The position numbers and the translations under genes are program-made. Source: Podarcis tiliguerta (Eukaryota). From it: a stretch of DNA of 64,000 nucleotides. Location: the NCBI GenBank assembly GCA_965153285.1, contig OZ229117.1. The stretch is one strand, 5' to 3'. The notes under the pieces were generated by a model, which was not told where the DNA came from, searched no databases, and saw nothing but the letters and a program-made list of their open reading frames with translations. The stretch's first letter is position 1, and the number at the start of each line of letters is the position of its first letter. Shown piece after piece: positions 52,987-64,000 of this stretch.

Positions 52987-53176
52987 ATGTCCAAATGTGA
53001 CAGCTGCAAAAGGCAGGGCAAACTTGGCGAGTCCTTGAAATGGCGAGGGGAAATTAAGCATTTTTGCAACTTGCTTTGCATTTTGATGTTTTGCAATCAG
53101 CAGTGTGCATCAGATCCACCGCCACCTCCACCTCCTCCACCGCCACCACCCCCACCCCCACCTCAAAACAATACAG
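52987..53176 (+). CDS. ZMYM4: ZMYM4 exon 15 (last MYM finger plus poly-Pro tract)
   Basis: MSKCDSCKRQGKL...HFCNLLCILMFCNQQCASD(P16)QNNT; 190 nt. Confidence 0.95.
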
Positions 53177-53367
53177 GTAAAAGAAGGCCTGCTGCTATTA
53201 TGGATGCCAGGGAAGCTGTAGGGACATCAGCTACAGGCAAATCCCATATCAATGAGTGTAGCATGCCCGGGGGTGCTTCCTTTGTGTTTCTTTCAACTGA
53301 ACAGCAGACTGGACATGAATCTAGCTGGACTAGGCTGGTGGTAGGAACAGATTGCAACCAATACTCC

Positions 53368-53800
53368 TTCAGTGAAGGAGAATCCATCACCTCCCAAGGG
53401 AGGCTTTTCCACTGTTGAACAGCTTTTACTGTCAGAAAGTTCTTCCTGATGTTTAGTTGGTGTCTCCTTTCTTGTAACTTAAAACCATCGGTTTGGGTCC
53501 TAGCCTCTGGAGCAGGAGAAAACAATCTTGCTCCATCTTCTATTTGACAGCCCTTTATATATGTGAAGGTGGCTATCATCTCTCATCTCAGTCCCCTCTT
53601 TACCAGGCTAAACATGCCCAATTCCCTTAACCATTCCTTATAAAGCTTGGTTTCCAGACCTTTGATCATCTTGGTCACCCTTCTCTGCACATGTTCCAGC
53701 TTGTCCATATCCTTCTTAAATTGTGGTTCCCAGAACTGGACACAGTACTCCAGGTGTGGTCTAAAAAGCAGGACTATTACTTCACTTGATTGGGACAGTA
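53368..53800 (-). mobile_element. CR1 LINE ORF2 C-terminal fragment
   Basis: [11 protein letters not shown]...[16 protein letters not shown]...LRELGMFSL; LNIRKNFLTVKAVQQW. Confidence 0.9.
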
Positions 53801-54417
53801 TGCTATTTCTAGGCAGGTGTGTGTAGGATTGCAACCATAAAGGTATTTTGTATTCTTCTGAACAAAAAGGAGACTCACATCCTGGGTAAAATCATCCAGT
53901 CCTGGCATAAAGTCATATCTGCTCAAAGTTCCTTTTTCCCCAACTCAAGTCACTATTTTAGTTTTCAAAGCTATAAAGATAACAGGGTTTGCCCGATAAA
54001 CATTTTAATTGACTTTTCACTCAGAAATGGAGCCCACAAGGAAATGTGCTTAGCAGGCTGCCATTAATTCCAGATAAAAGGTGTTTAACTATCACTACGT
54101 CTACAATTTATTTAACAGTCTATTGTGTGTTATTTTGTAACCAGACAATACATGCTAATTAAAAAAAAAGCTTAAGTTTGCACAGTGATATGGTTCAAAT
54201 AGGTCTAAATTGGGAAGGTCACTGACAATTAGCAGCAATGAGATTTCATTTCTATGTTCATTGCCAGTATGATAGAGTGGGTATAGTTAAGGGGTGCAAA
54301 TGTACGTATGACCTAACTGCTGCATCTGCAGAGAAATAGAGTGATTGACATATAAATATTGTCTACTTGTCCCGTTCACATTACACTACTTCAACTCATT
54401 CTGCTTCCTCTACCTAG

Positions 54418-54561
54418 CAAATCTTTCCATGGCACCAACGTCCTCGGTGGGGCCCCCTCCATCTCTCAGGAAGGATTCTACTCCAGTTATAGCAAACGTG
54501 GTGTCCCTGGCCAGTGCTCCTGCTGCCCAGCCCACAGCCAATTCCAATAATGTTTTGCAAG
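54418..54561 (+). CDS. ZMYM4: ZMYM4 exon 16
   Basis: NLSMAPTSSVGPPPSLRKDSTPVIANVVSLASAPAAQP...VLQ; 144 nt. Confidence 0.95.
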
Positions 54562-54772
54562 GTAAGGCAGCGATAAATACACTTCCTGGTGTGTGTCTCT
54601 CTCACACCTACACATCTATGCAAATTTACATTTTGTTGTTGTGGAAAGCAACAAGCATGGCCCTAAGAAAGTTGCTTAATGCCCCCTTTTTGTAATCCCC
54701 AGAAACTAGAACTAGTCATGATATTCTGAAGAGCGGCAAACAAATTTCCTGCTTTCCCTCCCCCTTTAACAG

Positions 54773-54810
54773 GTGCAGTTCCTACTGTGACAGCAAAAAT
54801 TATTGGAGAT
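54773..54810 (+). CDS. ZMYM4: ZMYM4 exon 17 (38 nt)
   Basis: AVPTVTAKIIGD; CAG/GTAAG. Confidence 0.93.
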
Positions 54811-55060
54811 GTAAGTTTTTCAAGAAAATTTCTGGGACATCTAGTAAAGTATTTATTTATATATTACACCCACACCCACACACTCACTGCTCAAAGTCTT
54901 TGGGCACTTTTGCATTGTATGTAGGGGGGGAGGTGTAGAGGCAGTGGAAGTGAAAGAAGTGGCGGCTTAGTGGGCTGGTAACTAGGACTAGCTGATCTTA
55001 GCATGACATTTACGAAAGGCAGCAAAGAGTTATTGTATCTCATTTTCTGCCCTGAACCAG

Positions 55061-55205
55061 GCAAGTACTCAGACGGATGCTTTGAAGCTTCCTCCTTCCC
55101 AGCCTCCCCGACTTCTCAAGAACAAAGCCTTACTGTGCAAGCCTATAACACAGACCAAGGCCACCTCTTGCAAGCCTCATACGCAACACAAGGAATGCCA
55201 GACAG
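55061..55205 (+). CDS. ZMYM4: ZMYM4 exon 18
   Basis: ASTQTDALKLPPSQPPRLLKNKALLCKPITQTKATSCKPHTQHKECQT; 145 nt. Confidence 0.95.
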
Positions 55206-55951
55206 GTATGTGATACAGAAATGGCATGTGCAGTTGTTCTGAGAGGGAGACAGAGAGATGTGAATGTAAAAACTTGTGTAAGCACTTCTTGTTGTGACCA
55301 GCTAAAATATCACGAAGTAGTGAGCAAGTAGGGGAGCGTATTGGATGCAGCTGTGGAAGATGAAAAAGTTCCATTCAGCAATGGTTTTAAATAACAGACC
55401 TTCAATACCATATTCAGTGTATAGTACCCAGGGGAGTATTTCTGTTCAAGGCATTAGTCAGCCTAGAACTGGAGCCTTCTTTTGCACTAAAGGTTCCAGG
55501 GAGAAAGAAGCAATGATATATTTCCCTTTGGAAATGTAAAAACTAGTAGTTATTTGGATTTCTCTCAGTGGATTCTCTGAATTTCTACCAGTGCAATATG
55601 CTGGAACTTTGCAAGCGAGAAAGCAGAAGTTAAGAGAAACATCATGGTCCTTACATTAGGAAAGTAGTATCTTAATTTTAGAGGCCTAATTAGTTGGCAT
55701 TGGCCAGTGCGTGGAGGGCATATCTTCCTCTATAGGCAAAGACCCACCATTAGTGGTAAATGGTCTTCTGTATCCCATGTATGCATTTCTTATGTATGAT
55801 ACAACCATCTCCTGTATGTGTGAATAAGCGTAGTAGAGGACAGGGCAGCCCCAGCAATCAAACTCGTAATGAATTTTGACTCACATCTTCCCCCTTTGTT
55901 TATGGCAACCCATGAACAAGTGAAAATTCCAGCACAGAATCAAGCTGGCTT

Positions 55952-56077
55952 TCAGCCTTGGCCAACTTAGTACCCTCTAGATGTTTTGAACTACAACTTG
56001 CATTACAACCATGCTGCCTTGGACTGATAGGAGTTATAGTCCAAAATGTCTGATGGACACTAGGTTGATAAAGGCTG
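55952..56077. mobile_element. Older palindromic hAT MITE related to the 27693 copy
   Basis: GATGTTTTGAACTACAAC...GTTATAGTCCAAAATGTC; CAGCCTT / AAGGCTG ends. Confidence 0.6.
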
Positions 56078-56301
56078 GTCTGGTCATCTGCTGCGTTCCC
56101 TGGCTTGGAATAATCACGTAAGAATGGCATGGACAGAAGAGTCCCAGAGAACATATGTGGATGCATCCACATAGAAAGGGGTGGTGTGTTAGGAGCAGCA
56201 GTTGTGGTTAGCAAAGAAAAGTTAACAGCTTGTTGAGAGAGATGAATGAACAGCTGGCTTCTCTTCTCCAAGGATCATGCCTTTTATTTTTAACATAACA
56301 G

Positions 56302-56423
56302 AAGAAGAAGAAGAAGTTCCACCCAAAATAATCATGGTGCCTGTTCCTGTACCAGTGTTTGTGCCAGTTCCTCTCCACCTCTTCACCCAATACACACCAG
56401 TTCCACTGGGAATGCCAATACCC
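56302..56423 (+). CDS. ZMYM4: ZMYM4 exon 19 (PV-rich motif)
   Basis: EEEEVPPKIIMVPVPVPVFVPVPLHLFTQYTPVPLGMPIP; 122 nt. Confidence 0.94.
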
Positions 56424-57096
56424 GTAAGTGATGTGTTTGGCACCTTGGCTTTCGGACAGTGGCTTTGAAAGTTGAGCTCATTGGGTCAGCTTGTGGCCAG
56501 CCTGGACAATGCCGAATGTCTCAGCATGAGTGTCTGTGGTGGGGCTGAAGTAAGCCCCACATCCAGTGCAAATCAGTTCATTGCACTCGTGATCTTGGGA
56601 GAGCTCAGTGGGAGAGACACCTACCTGAAAGCTTGGAAAGCTACTGCCAGTCAGTGTAGACAATAGAGGACAAATGGTCTTGACTCAGTATTAGGCAGCT
56701 TCCTAATCTAACACCAAAAGCATCATTTGTGTTAAGTGATGCTATGTACTCCAGCAAAAGAGTATCAGAATTGTCTTGCTGGATCAGGCCAGGGTTTCCA
56801 TAGTTGAAGGAATCCCAGTAACCAAGAGGCACTAAGAGGTCCTCTGGAAATTGGTGAGTGGTTTGTTGGTGCACTGTGAATTACCTTCTGCCCACCTTTT
56901 CTTTAGGGGCCTGAGAGGTGGAAAATAAACCATGGCCTCCATCTAGTAGTGATCATGGGATAGGCCTTGCTTACACCCAGTTAGTGGCTGGCTCTTAACT
57001 GAAGCCAACAGTTTAAAAAGGTTTACCTTTGCTTGATAACCCATCAGAGACAGGATTCTCTTGAGATGGCAAGGACCTTGTTTGAGGAGGCGCAAG

Positions 57097-57152
<56 letters not shown>

Positions 57153-59980
57153 TTATTATTTATACCCCGCCCATCTGGCTGGGTTTCCCCAGCCACTCTG
57201 GGCGGCTTCCAAAAGAATATTAAAATACTGTGATACATCAAACATTAAAAGCTTCCCTAAACAGGGCTGCCTTCAGATGTCTTCTATAAGTCTGGTAGTT
57301 GTTGTTCTCTTTGACATCTGGTGGGAGGGCGTTCCACAGGGAGGGCGCCACTACCGAGAAGGCCCTCTGCCTGGTTCCCTGTAACTTGGCTTCTCGCAGT
57401 GAGGGAACCGCCAGAAGGCCCTCGGTGCTGGACCTCAGTGTCCGGGTAGAGCGATGGGGGTGGAGACGCTCCTTCAGGTATACTGGACCGAGGCCGTTTA
57501 GGGCTTTAAAGGTCAGCACCAACACTTTGAATTGTGCTCGGAAACGTACTGGGAGCCAATGTAGGTCTTTCAAGACCGGTGTTATATGGTCTCGGCGGCT
57601 GCTCCCAGTCACCAGTCTGGCCGCTGCATTCTGGATTAGTTGTAGTTTCCGGGTCACCTTCAAAGGTAGCCCCACGTAGAGCGCATTGCAGTAGTCCAAG
57701 CGGGAGATAACCAGAGCATGCACCACTCTGGCAAGGCAGTCCGCGGGCAGATAGGGTCTCAGCCTACGTACCAGATGGAGCTGGTACACAGCTGCCCTGG
57801 ACACGGATTTAACCTGTGCCTCCATGGACAGCTGTGAGTCCAAAATGACTCCCAGGCTGCGCACCTGGTCCTTCAGGGGCACAGTTACCCCATTCAGGAC
57901 CAGGGAATCCTCCACACCTGTCCGCCTCCTGTCCCCCAGAAACAGTACTTCTGTCTTGTCAGGATTCAATCTCAATCTGTTTGCCGCCATCCATCCTCCA
58001 ACCGCCTCCAGACACTCACACAGGACCGTCACCGCCTTCACTGGTTCTGATTTGAAAGAGAGGTAGAGCTGGGTATCATCCGCATACTGATGAACACCCA
58101 GCCCAAACCTCCTGATGATCTCTCCCAGCGGCTGCATATAGATGTTAAAAAGCATGGGGGAGAGGACAGAACCCTGAGGCACCCCACAAGTGAGAGCCCA
58201 GGGGTCTGAACACTCATCCCCCACCACAACTTTCTGAACACGGCCCAGGAGGAAGGAGCGGAACCACTGTATGACAGTACCCCCAGCTCCCAGCCCCTCA
58301 AGACGGTCCAGAAGGATGTTATGGTCGATGGTATCAAACGCCGCTGAGAGATCCAGCAGAACTAGGAAACAGCTCTCACCTTTGTCCCTAGCCCGCCGGA
58401 GATCATCAACCAGTGCGACCAAGGCAGTTTCAGTCCCGTGATGAGGCCTGAATCCCGACTGGAAGGGATCCAAATGGTCCGCTTCTTCCAGGCGTGCCTG
58501 GAGTTGTTCAGCCACCACTCGCTCAATCACCTTGCCCAAGAATGGAAGATTTGAGACTGGGCGATAGTTGGCCATCGTGGCCGCATCTAAAGATGGTTTT
58601 TTAAGAAGCGGTTTAATAACCGCCTCTTTCAGCGGGTCTGGGAAGACTCCCTCACGGAGGGAAGCATTCACCACCCCACGAAGCCCATCGCCCAGCCCTT
58701 CCCAGCTAGCTTTTATAAGCCAGGATGGGCAAGGATCAAGGAGACAGGTGGTTGGTTTCACTCGTCCAAGCAGCCTGTCCACATCCTCGGAGGTAACAGA
58801 TTGGAATTGATCCCATGCAATTTGACTAGACAGGACTCTAGCACTCTCCTGCCCCGGCCCTGCTCCCACGGTGGCATTGACCTCTTCCCGAATCTGAGCG
58901 ACTTTATCTGCAAAAAACTTTGCAGAATCATTGCAGGAGATCATGTGGCCCGTACTGGGCCCCGATGTAGCAGGTGGTTCCGCTAGATTGCGGACCACCT
59001 GAAAAAGTCTCCTGCTGCTGTTTTCTGCAGATGCAATAGAGGCGGTGAAGAAAGTCTTCTTCGCCGTCGCTACTGCCACTTGGTAGGCTCGACATTGAGC
59101 TCTAACCTGTGTCCGGTCAGCTTCAGAATGGGTCCTCCGCCACCGGCGCTCTAGCCGTCTCAACGATTGTTTCATTGCCCTCAGATCCGTGGGAAACCAC
59201 GGGGCTGTCCGGGCTCCATGCAATCGGAGAGGGCGCTTCGGAGCCAAACAGTCAATAGCCCTGGTTAACTCCACATTCCAGCGGGCCACCAGGGAATCAG
59301 CTGAAAGGCCATCAACATGGGATAAAGCATCCCCTACCACTCTCTGGAAACCATTTGGATCCATTAAGTGGCGGGGGCGGACCATCCGAATCGGTCCCAC
59401 CTCCCTGCAGAGGGGAAGGGTCGCGGAGAAGTCAAGTTGCACCAGGAAGTGATCTGACCATGGCACTTCTTTTGTTTCGCTTTTACTTAGTGTCAGATCA
59501 CCAACATCCATTGAGGTAAACACCAGGTCCAAGGCATGTCCGCGGCTATGGGTTGGGCCAAACTTATTCAGGGACAGCCCCATGGAGGCCATGCTTTCCA
59601 CGAAGTCCCGAGCGGCCCCTTGTAAGGTCGTGTCGGCATGGATATTAAAATCCCCTAGGACAACCAAACTAGGTGTCTCCAGGAGGACATCCGCCACGAC
59701 CTGAAGCAGCTCGGGCAGGGAATCCTTGGTGCAGCGGGGAGGTCGGTACACCAGAAGGAATCCTGTACTGCCCCTATTGCCCAACTTCCAGAACATGCAC
59801 TCAGAAAACTGGGTCTTCCCAATAGGACGCCTGGTGCAAGCTAATGACTTCCTAAAAATCACTGCAACCCCCCCTCCCCGCCCACAAGGCCTGGGTTGCT
59901 GTGCGTAAGAGAAACCTGGTGGACAAGCAGCGGCAAGAACAGGCCCATCTGCTTCATCCAACCAGGTCTCTGTTACACAT
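57097..59980 (-). mobile_element. 5'-truncated L2-clade LINE with open APE endonuclease + reverse transcriptase ORF
   Basis: ORF 57238-60051 with APE motifs (TETWL, GGGVA, YRPP, GDFN, PTH..GH.LDL, SDH) and RT motifs (QSGFR, LDLSAAFD, GVPQGS, YADD); L2-type C-terminus SRLDYCN...QNAAARL; (ATT)n 3' tail at 57097-57152. Confidence 0.93.
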
Positions 59981-60191
59981 GGGCAATTACAGCTTTGAAA
60001 GCTGGTAGGATGCAAGGGGAGTTGTGTGTATTTGTTACTGATATGCATCACCCAGAGAATATTTCTCTAGCTTGCCCTCCTCCCCATGGAGCCTTCTTCT
60101 TTGTGTGTGTTCTACCCACAAAATGTTGTTGTGTGTTCCCTGCTATAGGATCTTTTCATCTGCACAAATCAAACCTCTCCCCCACCCCCAG

Positions 60192-60360
60192 GTCCCAGTT
60201 CCTATGTTGGTTCCATCTGCCCCGGAGAATACTGGCAAGGCAATAGAAACCATTCCAGACATCAAGGAGAAGAGCTCCGCCAACGCATTTGAGGCAGATC
60301 TCCTCCAGATGGCAGAAATGATCGCAGAGGATGAGAAGGATAAAGAACACTCTAGAGGAG
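60192..60360 (+). CDS. ZMYM4: ZMYM4 exon 20
   Basis: VPVPMLVPS...FEADLLQMAEMIAEDEKDKEHSRG; 169 nt. Confidence 0.93.
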
Positions 60361-60884
60361 GTGCAAGGCTTTTTTTTTTTTTTTTTTAAGGGAAACCTGA
60401 GGAGCTGGTGAATGGGGGTGGAAGAAAGAGAGGAGGGGAGAGTGACTGCAGTGGAGGGGTTGGGGAGGGAACCTTCCTGGGGAAGTTGTATTTATACACC
60501 CAGATTTTTATTTTATAGGCTTATTCTGGACTGTTCTGTATAAATCTCCCAAAGAGGAGGCCACATTGAAATGGAGTAATCTACCCCCTTCCAGTTTTGC
60601 AAATTGAAGCAATTCTGCCACTAAACAGTTTTCAACAACTCATATATTCTAGGGGAATCTGGAGTCGGGGCTGTTGAGGTGGGGGAAGGAGAAGGACAAA
60701 AATAGCTTTATGGGAGGGGTGGGTAGGAGCTGCTCTCCCTCATGAAGTTTTACATGCCCACCACTAGCCCATTTAAGTAAAAAGCCTGGAAATAGTGTAT
60801 GAAAGCTGCTTTATAAATGCTTTAAATAAAGGAAATTAGGCAAGATTAGGCATCCTGACTGACACTTAGCCCTGAACAGGCTTG

Positions 60885-61068
60885 AGTTCAGTGTTAGAAC
60901 ACCTGCTTTGCATGCAGAAAGTCCAGGTTCAGTTCACACCACCTCCAGCTATAAAGGTCAGGAGGACCTTTCTCTGCCTGAGATCCTGGGAAGCTATTGC
61001 TATTCAAAGTTGGCAGTCGTGGGATAGGTGTACTAGTGGTCTGTCTTAGTCCATGGTAGTTGCCTATG
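60885..61068 (+). mobile_element. Old tRNA-derived SINE
   Basis: Degenerate tRNA-like head (TCAGTGTTAGAACACCTGCTTTGCATGCAGAAAGTCCAGGTTCA); related tail remnant at ~56620-56705. Confidence 0.45.
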
Positions 61069-61146
61069 GAGTCAATGTTTCTGGTGGTTGGTGCTTTTGG
61101 TCTGGCAGTGTTGGTATACCTGTATTTTTTCCTTCACTTGTTTCAG

Positions 61147-61200
61147 GCTCTCAAACATCTGAGCATGAGCTGTTCCTCGACCCTAAGATATTTGAAAAAG
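61147..61200 (+). CDS. ZMYM4: ZMYM4 exon 21
   Basis: SQTSEHELFLDPKIFEK; 54 nt. Confidence 0.93.
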
Positions 61201-61922
61201 GTTGGTGCTTACTTGCTCCACTTAGCAAATACACTCACATCTACTGTATAATTTTGGAAAGTAGCTTGTTCACTATGTGAACAGGTATCGTAACCAAATT
61301 TTGCATGATGGATCCTGAGATTGAGGAGCAGCCTTCTGTCTATGTTTGGATATAATTGGATACTATTTTGAATCAAAATGGCAGACTGAACCTATTGAAA
61401 ACACACTGATTTGAAGCATTGGTTTCAAAACTGCACTGATTATATATGCATGCCCAGTATGAGACCCACCTCCACTCATACCTTACTTGGGGAGTGAGCA
61501 TGTAAAAGCGCACCAGCTTTTATAATGTTTCTCTGCATAGTTAGCAGACATGACCCACAGGACAGAACCAGATCTAATCTGGGTAAATATTTGGTTGAAC
61601 ATTTGGGAGACACTTTGAAAGCAGAGCACAACGAAAAGAAATACCACGGGGCAAAGGTGGCTTCTCCCTTGCTTGAGGTCTTCAAGCAGAGACTGGACAG
61701 CCACCTGTTTGAGATCCTCTAGGTGTCAGTTTTCCATTGAGCCATGGGGGTGGACTATGCTTCCCTTTTGACTCTTGTAAAATTCTGTGGCTCTTGCTTG
61801 CCAAAGACAGCCGGGCTCGTGACTCCTCACATCCTTGAATGTCCTAATAGGCTGTGCTCTGTCTCTGCCTGCTGGGCTTCTCTTCCTGAGCACCACCTGT
61901 CTCTCTCCCCTCTCAATTACAG

Positions 61923-62102
61923 ACCAAGGCAGCACATACAGTGGCGACTTAGAGTCCGAAGCAGTGTCGACCCCTCACAGCTGGGAGGAGGAGCTGAACC
62001 ACTATGCCTTACGCTCAAATACGGTGCCTGAGCCTGAGCCCGAGCCGAGGCAATTCTCCAAAGGAGAGCTGGAGCAGGACCTGGAGGCTGATTTCCCTTC
62101 AG
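61923..62102 (+). CDS. ZMYM4: ZMYM4 exon 22
   Basis: QGSTYSGDLESEAVSTPHSWEEELNHYAL...DLEADFPS; 180 nt. Confidence 0.95.
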
Positions 62103-62297
62103 GTTTGTCAGCCACAGAAGAGAAGGCTCTTGGGTGTGGAATGTGCTATGGGCCTTTTGCCCCCATGCTGCTGGTAACTTTTTAACCCTCGCCCTCTGTT
62201 CTGGGAGCAGCCTGCTATCCCGGGAGGCACCAGTTGGCAGCACAGCTCTTGCTGCTGCAACTTTCCCACTAAATCTCTGCTTTTGTTTAAAAACTAG

Positions 62298-62392
62298 ACT
62301 CCTTTGACCCGATCAGCAAAGGGCTGGGTCTTCACTCACGTGCGCGAGCAAGGCGGAGACACAGAGACGGTTTTCCACAGCCAAAAAGGAGG
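62298..62392 (+). CDS. ZMYM4: ZMYM4 exon 23 (basic, NLS-like)
   Basis: SFDPISKGLGLHSRARARRRHRDGFPQPKRR; 95 nt. Confidence 0.94.
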
Positions 62393-62976
62393 GTAAGGAG
62401 TGCCATTGCTTTTCTTGCTGCTTATTTGTTACAAGCCTATGACATTTTTGGTGAGGTATTCAGGGTGAAGGGCCTTCCTCCATTTCCCCAGACTTCTTGA
62501 CTCTCTCCTACCCCACCCCAAAGTTTCCCTTCCTCATTTGCCCCTTCTCAAAGAAAAGCCCCTAGTTGAGGTCAGGAGTGTGGAGATCGTATATGTCTCT
62601 TTAGTTTCTCATCCACAAAACTGTGTCTCAATTGAGAGCAGGAATAGGAAACAGGTAATGCAACTTCTGATGCATTTGCTCCCCCATCCCCAGTCATGTG
62701 GTTCTTGGTCACCTTCTCCCTTCCAGGGGAGGATTTAAGGACAGTGGCAGGCCGGGATCTTCATTCCCCAAACATAATCAAGTTCCTTAGGCACTGATTT
62801 CATCAGCATATGTTGAGGAGGAGAAACGATGCTCCTGATTTGGCCACTGCTTGCCAATCCTGAATATAGATGGCTTACCGGAGGTGTGTTTGGTCCAGAA
62901 ACCATTTACCTCCCTCTGTAACTAAGCCAAGCAATGCCTTTGTTGGGCCCTTGCACACACTTTGGTTTTCCTTCAG

Positions 62977-63148
62977 GGGAGGAAGAAGTCCATAGTAGCT
63001 GTGGAGCCCCGGATGCTTGTGCAGAGCTCATACCCAGGCTGTTCCGTTTCCGGGATGAGTCTCAAGTATATGTATGGGGTGAATGCCTGGAAGAACTGGG
63101 TCCAGTGGAAAAACACACAGGAAGAGCAAGGAGACCTCAAATTTGGAG
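62977..63148 (+). CDS. ZMYM4: ZMYM4 exon 24; gene continues beyond window end
   Basis: GRKKSIVAVEPR...LKYMYGVNAWKNWVQWKN...DLKFG; 172 nt. Confidence 0.95.
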
Positions 63149-64000
63149 GTAATGCTTTTTAAAATAAGAATTACTACTTTTCTTTATGCTTCATTGAACC
63201 ATGGAGGTTGAAGAGCTGAACTGGGTCTTTCAGCAGAGTAATCCTGGAAGGATGGGATGGGTGGATCAGATCTCATTGTATGTATTGCATGGTCCTGGAA
63301 GTGTGCCAGACATGGCTTTTAACACACTGCTCCTTAAATGCACTACTTGGAAACAAGCCCTATTGATTTAAATGGAATCTGCTCAGTTGCAATGAATTAA
63401 TTGGGTATTGGAGATGTGGGATTCCAGGATACAGGTTCATAGGCTCAACAAGAATGCCTATGCAGAATACTCTGGGTCTTTGTTTGGGTGAGATTGTTAT
63501 GTTCCCAAACCTGAGACCTAAGTTTAATTCACACAAGCTACCAACAGGCCACCTCCAAATTTTCTCCTGTTCCAGGTTCCTCTGAAACCCACCATTTGAA
63601 GTGAAATAGATTTCCTCAGACTCTCTCTCTGATGTCAGTACATGTCATCAGCAGTGATCATGCATATGATTTTATTTGCATTGTATTCATTCCCCCCCTT
63701 TATTGCACAGCTAGTGCATAGCTGCTGTAGCTAATTAAAAGCTGTACTACTGCACATCCCACAATAAGGGTCAGATAGCTACACCCCTCAAATATCTGGG
63801 TTTTTAAAAAAAATTCATTTACAGAGAGTGGGTGGCAGGTTTCCCATCAAGATTCCCATTCTAAAAAACAAGTTTGAAAGTGTGCAGGCAGTTATTGGTT
63901 AAAATATTTGGCACTTTCAGGATTCGAAGCATTTCATATAGATTATCATGACAACAGTCCTCTAAGATAGGCCCCATATTGCAGAAGGGGGAGGTATTTG

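Noticed and set aside
57033-57384. ORFs with poly-N, poly-I or poly-L
   Set aside because: Translations of the (TAA)n tail of the L2 element.
63577-63610. Acceptor-like TTCCAG as a further ZMYM4 exon
   Set aside because: Hits an in-frame TGA after nine codons and shows no similarity to the expected downstream ZMYM4 sequence.

Overview
Vertebrate genomic DNA, very likely a squamate (probably lacertid) lizard, judged from Sauria-type SINEs, a Squam3-like SINE with a (CTT)n tail, CR1 fragments and an L2 LINE with an open ORF. The window holds two divergently oriented genes. SFPQ is on the minus strand (coding exons 1-5, ATG at 5386) and continues off the left edge. ZMYM4 is on the plus strand (coding exons 1-24, probable ATG at 20355) and continues off the right edge. 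Each has a CpG-island promoter, and the intergenic and intronic DNA is rich in SINEs, LINE fragments and hAT, Tc1/mariner and Harbinger-like MITEs. The most notable object is a ~1 kb non-autonomous hAT element (9768-10784, 14-bp TIRs, perfect 8-bp TSD) carrying a CpG-island/promoter-like interior, a possible Pack-hAT capture about 4 kb upstream of SFPQ. Other points: a frame conflict between ZMYM4 exons 1 and 2, a 16-residue poly-proline tract in ZMYM4, and a 2.9 kb L2 with an uninterrupted APE-RT ORF in ZMYM4 intron 19. Gene and TE family names come from recalled sequence similarity, not database searches.
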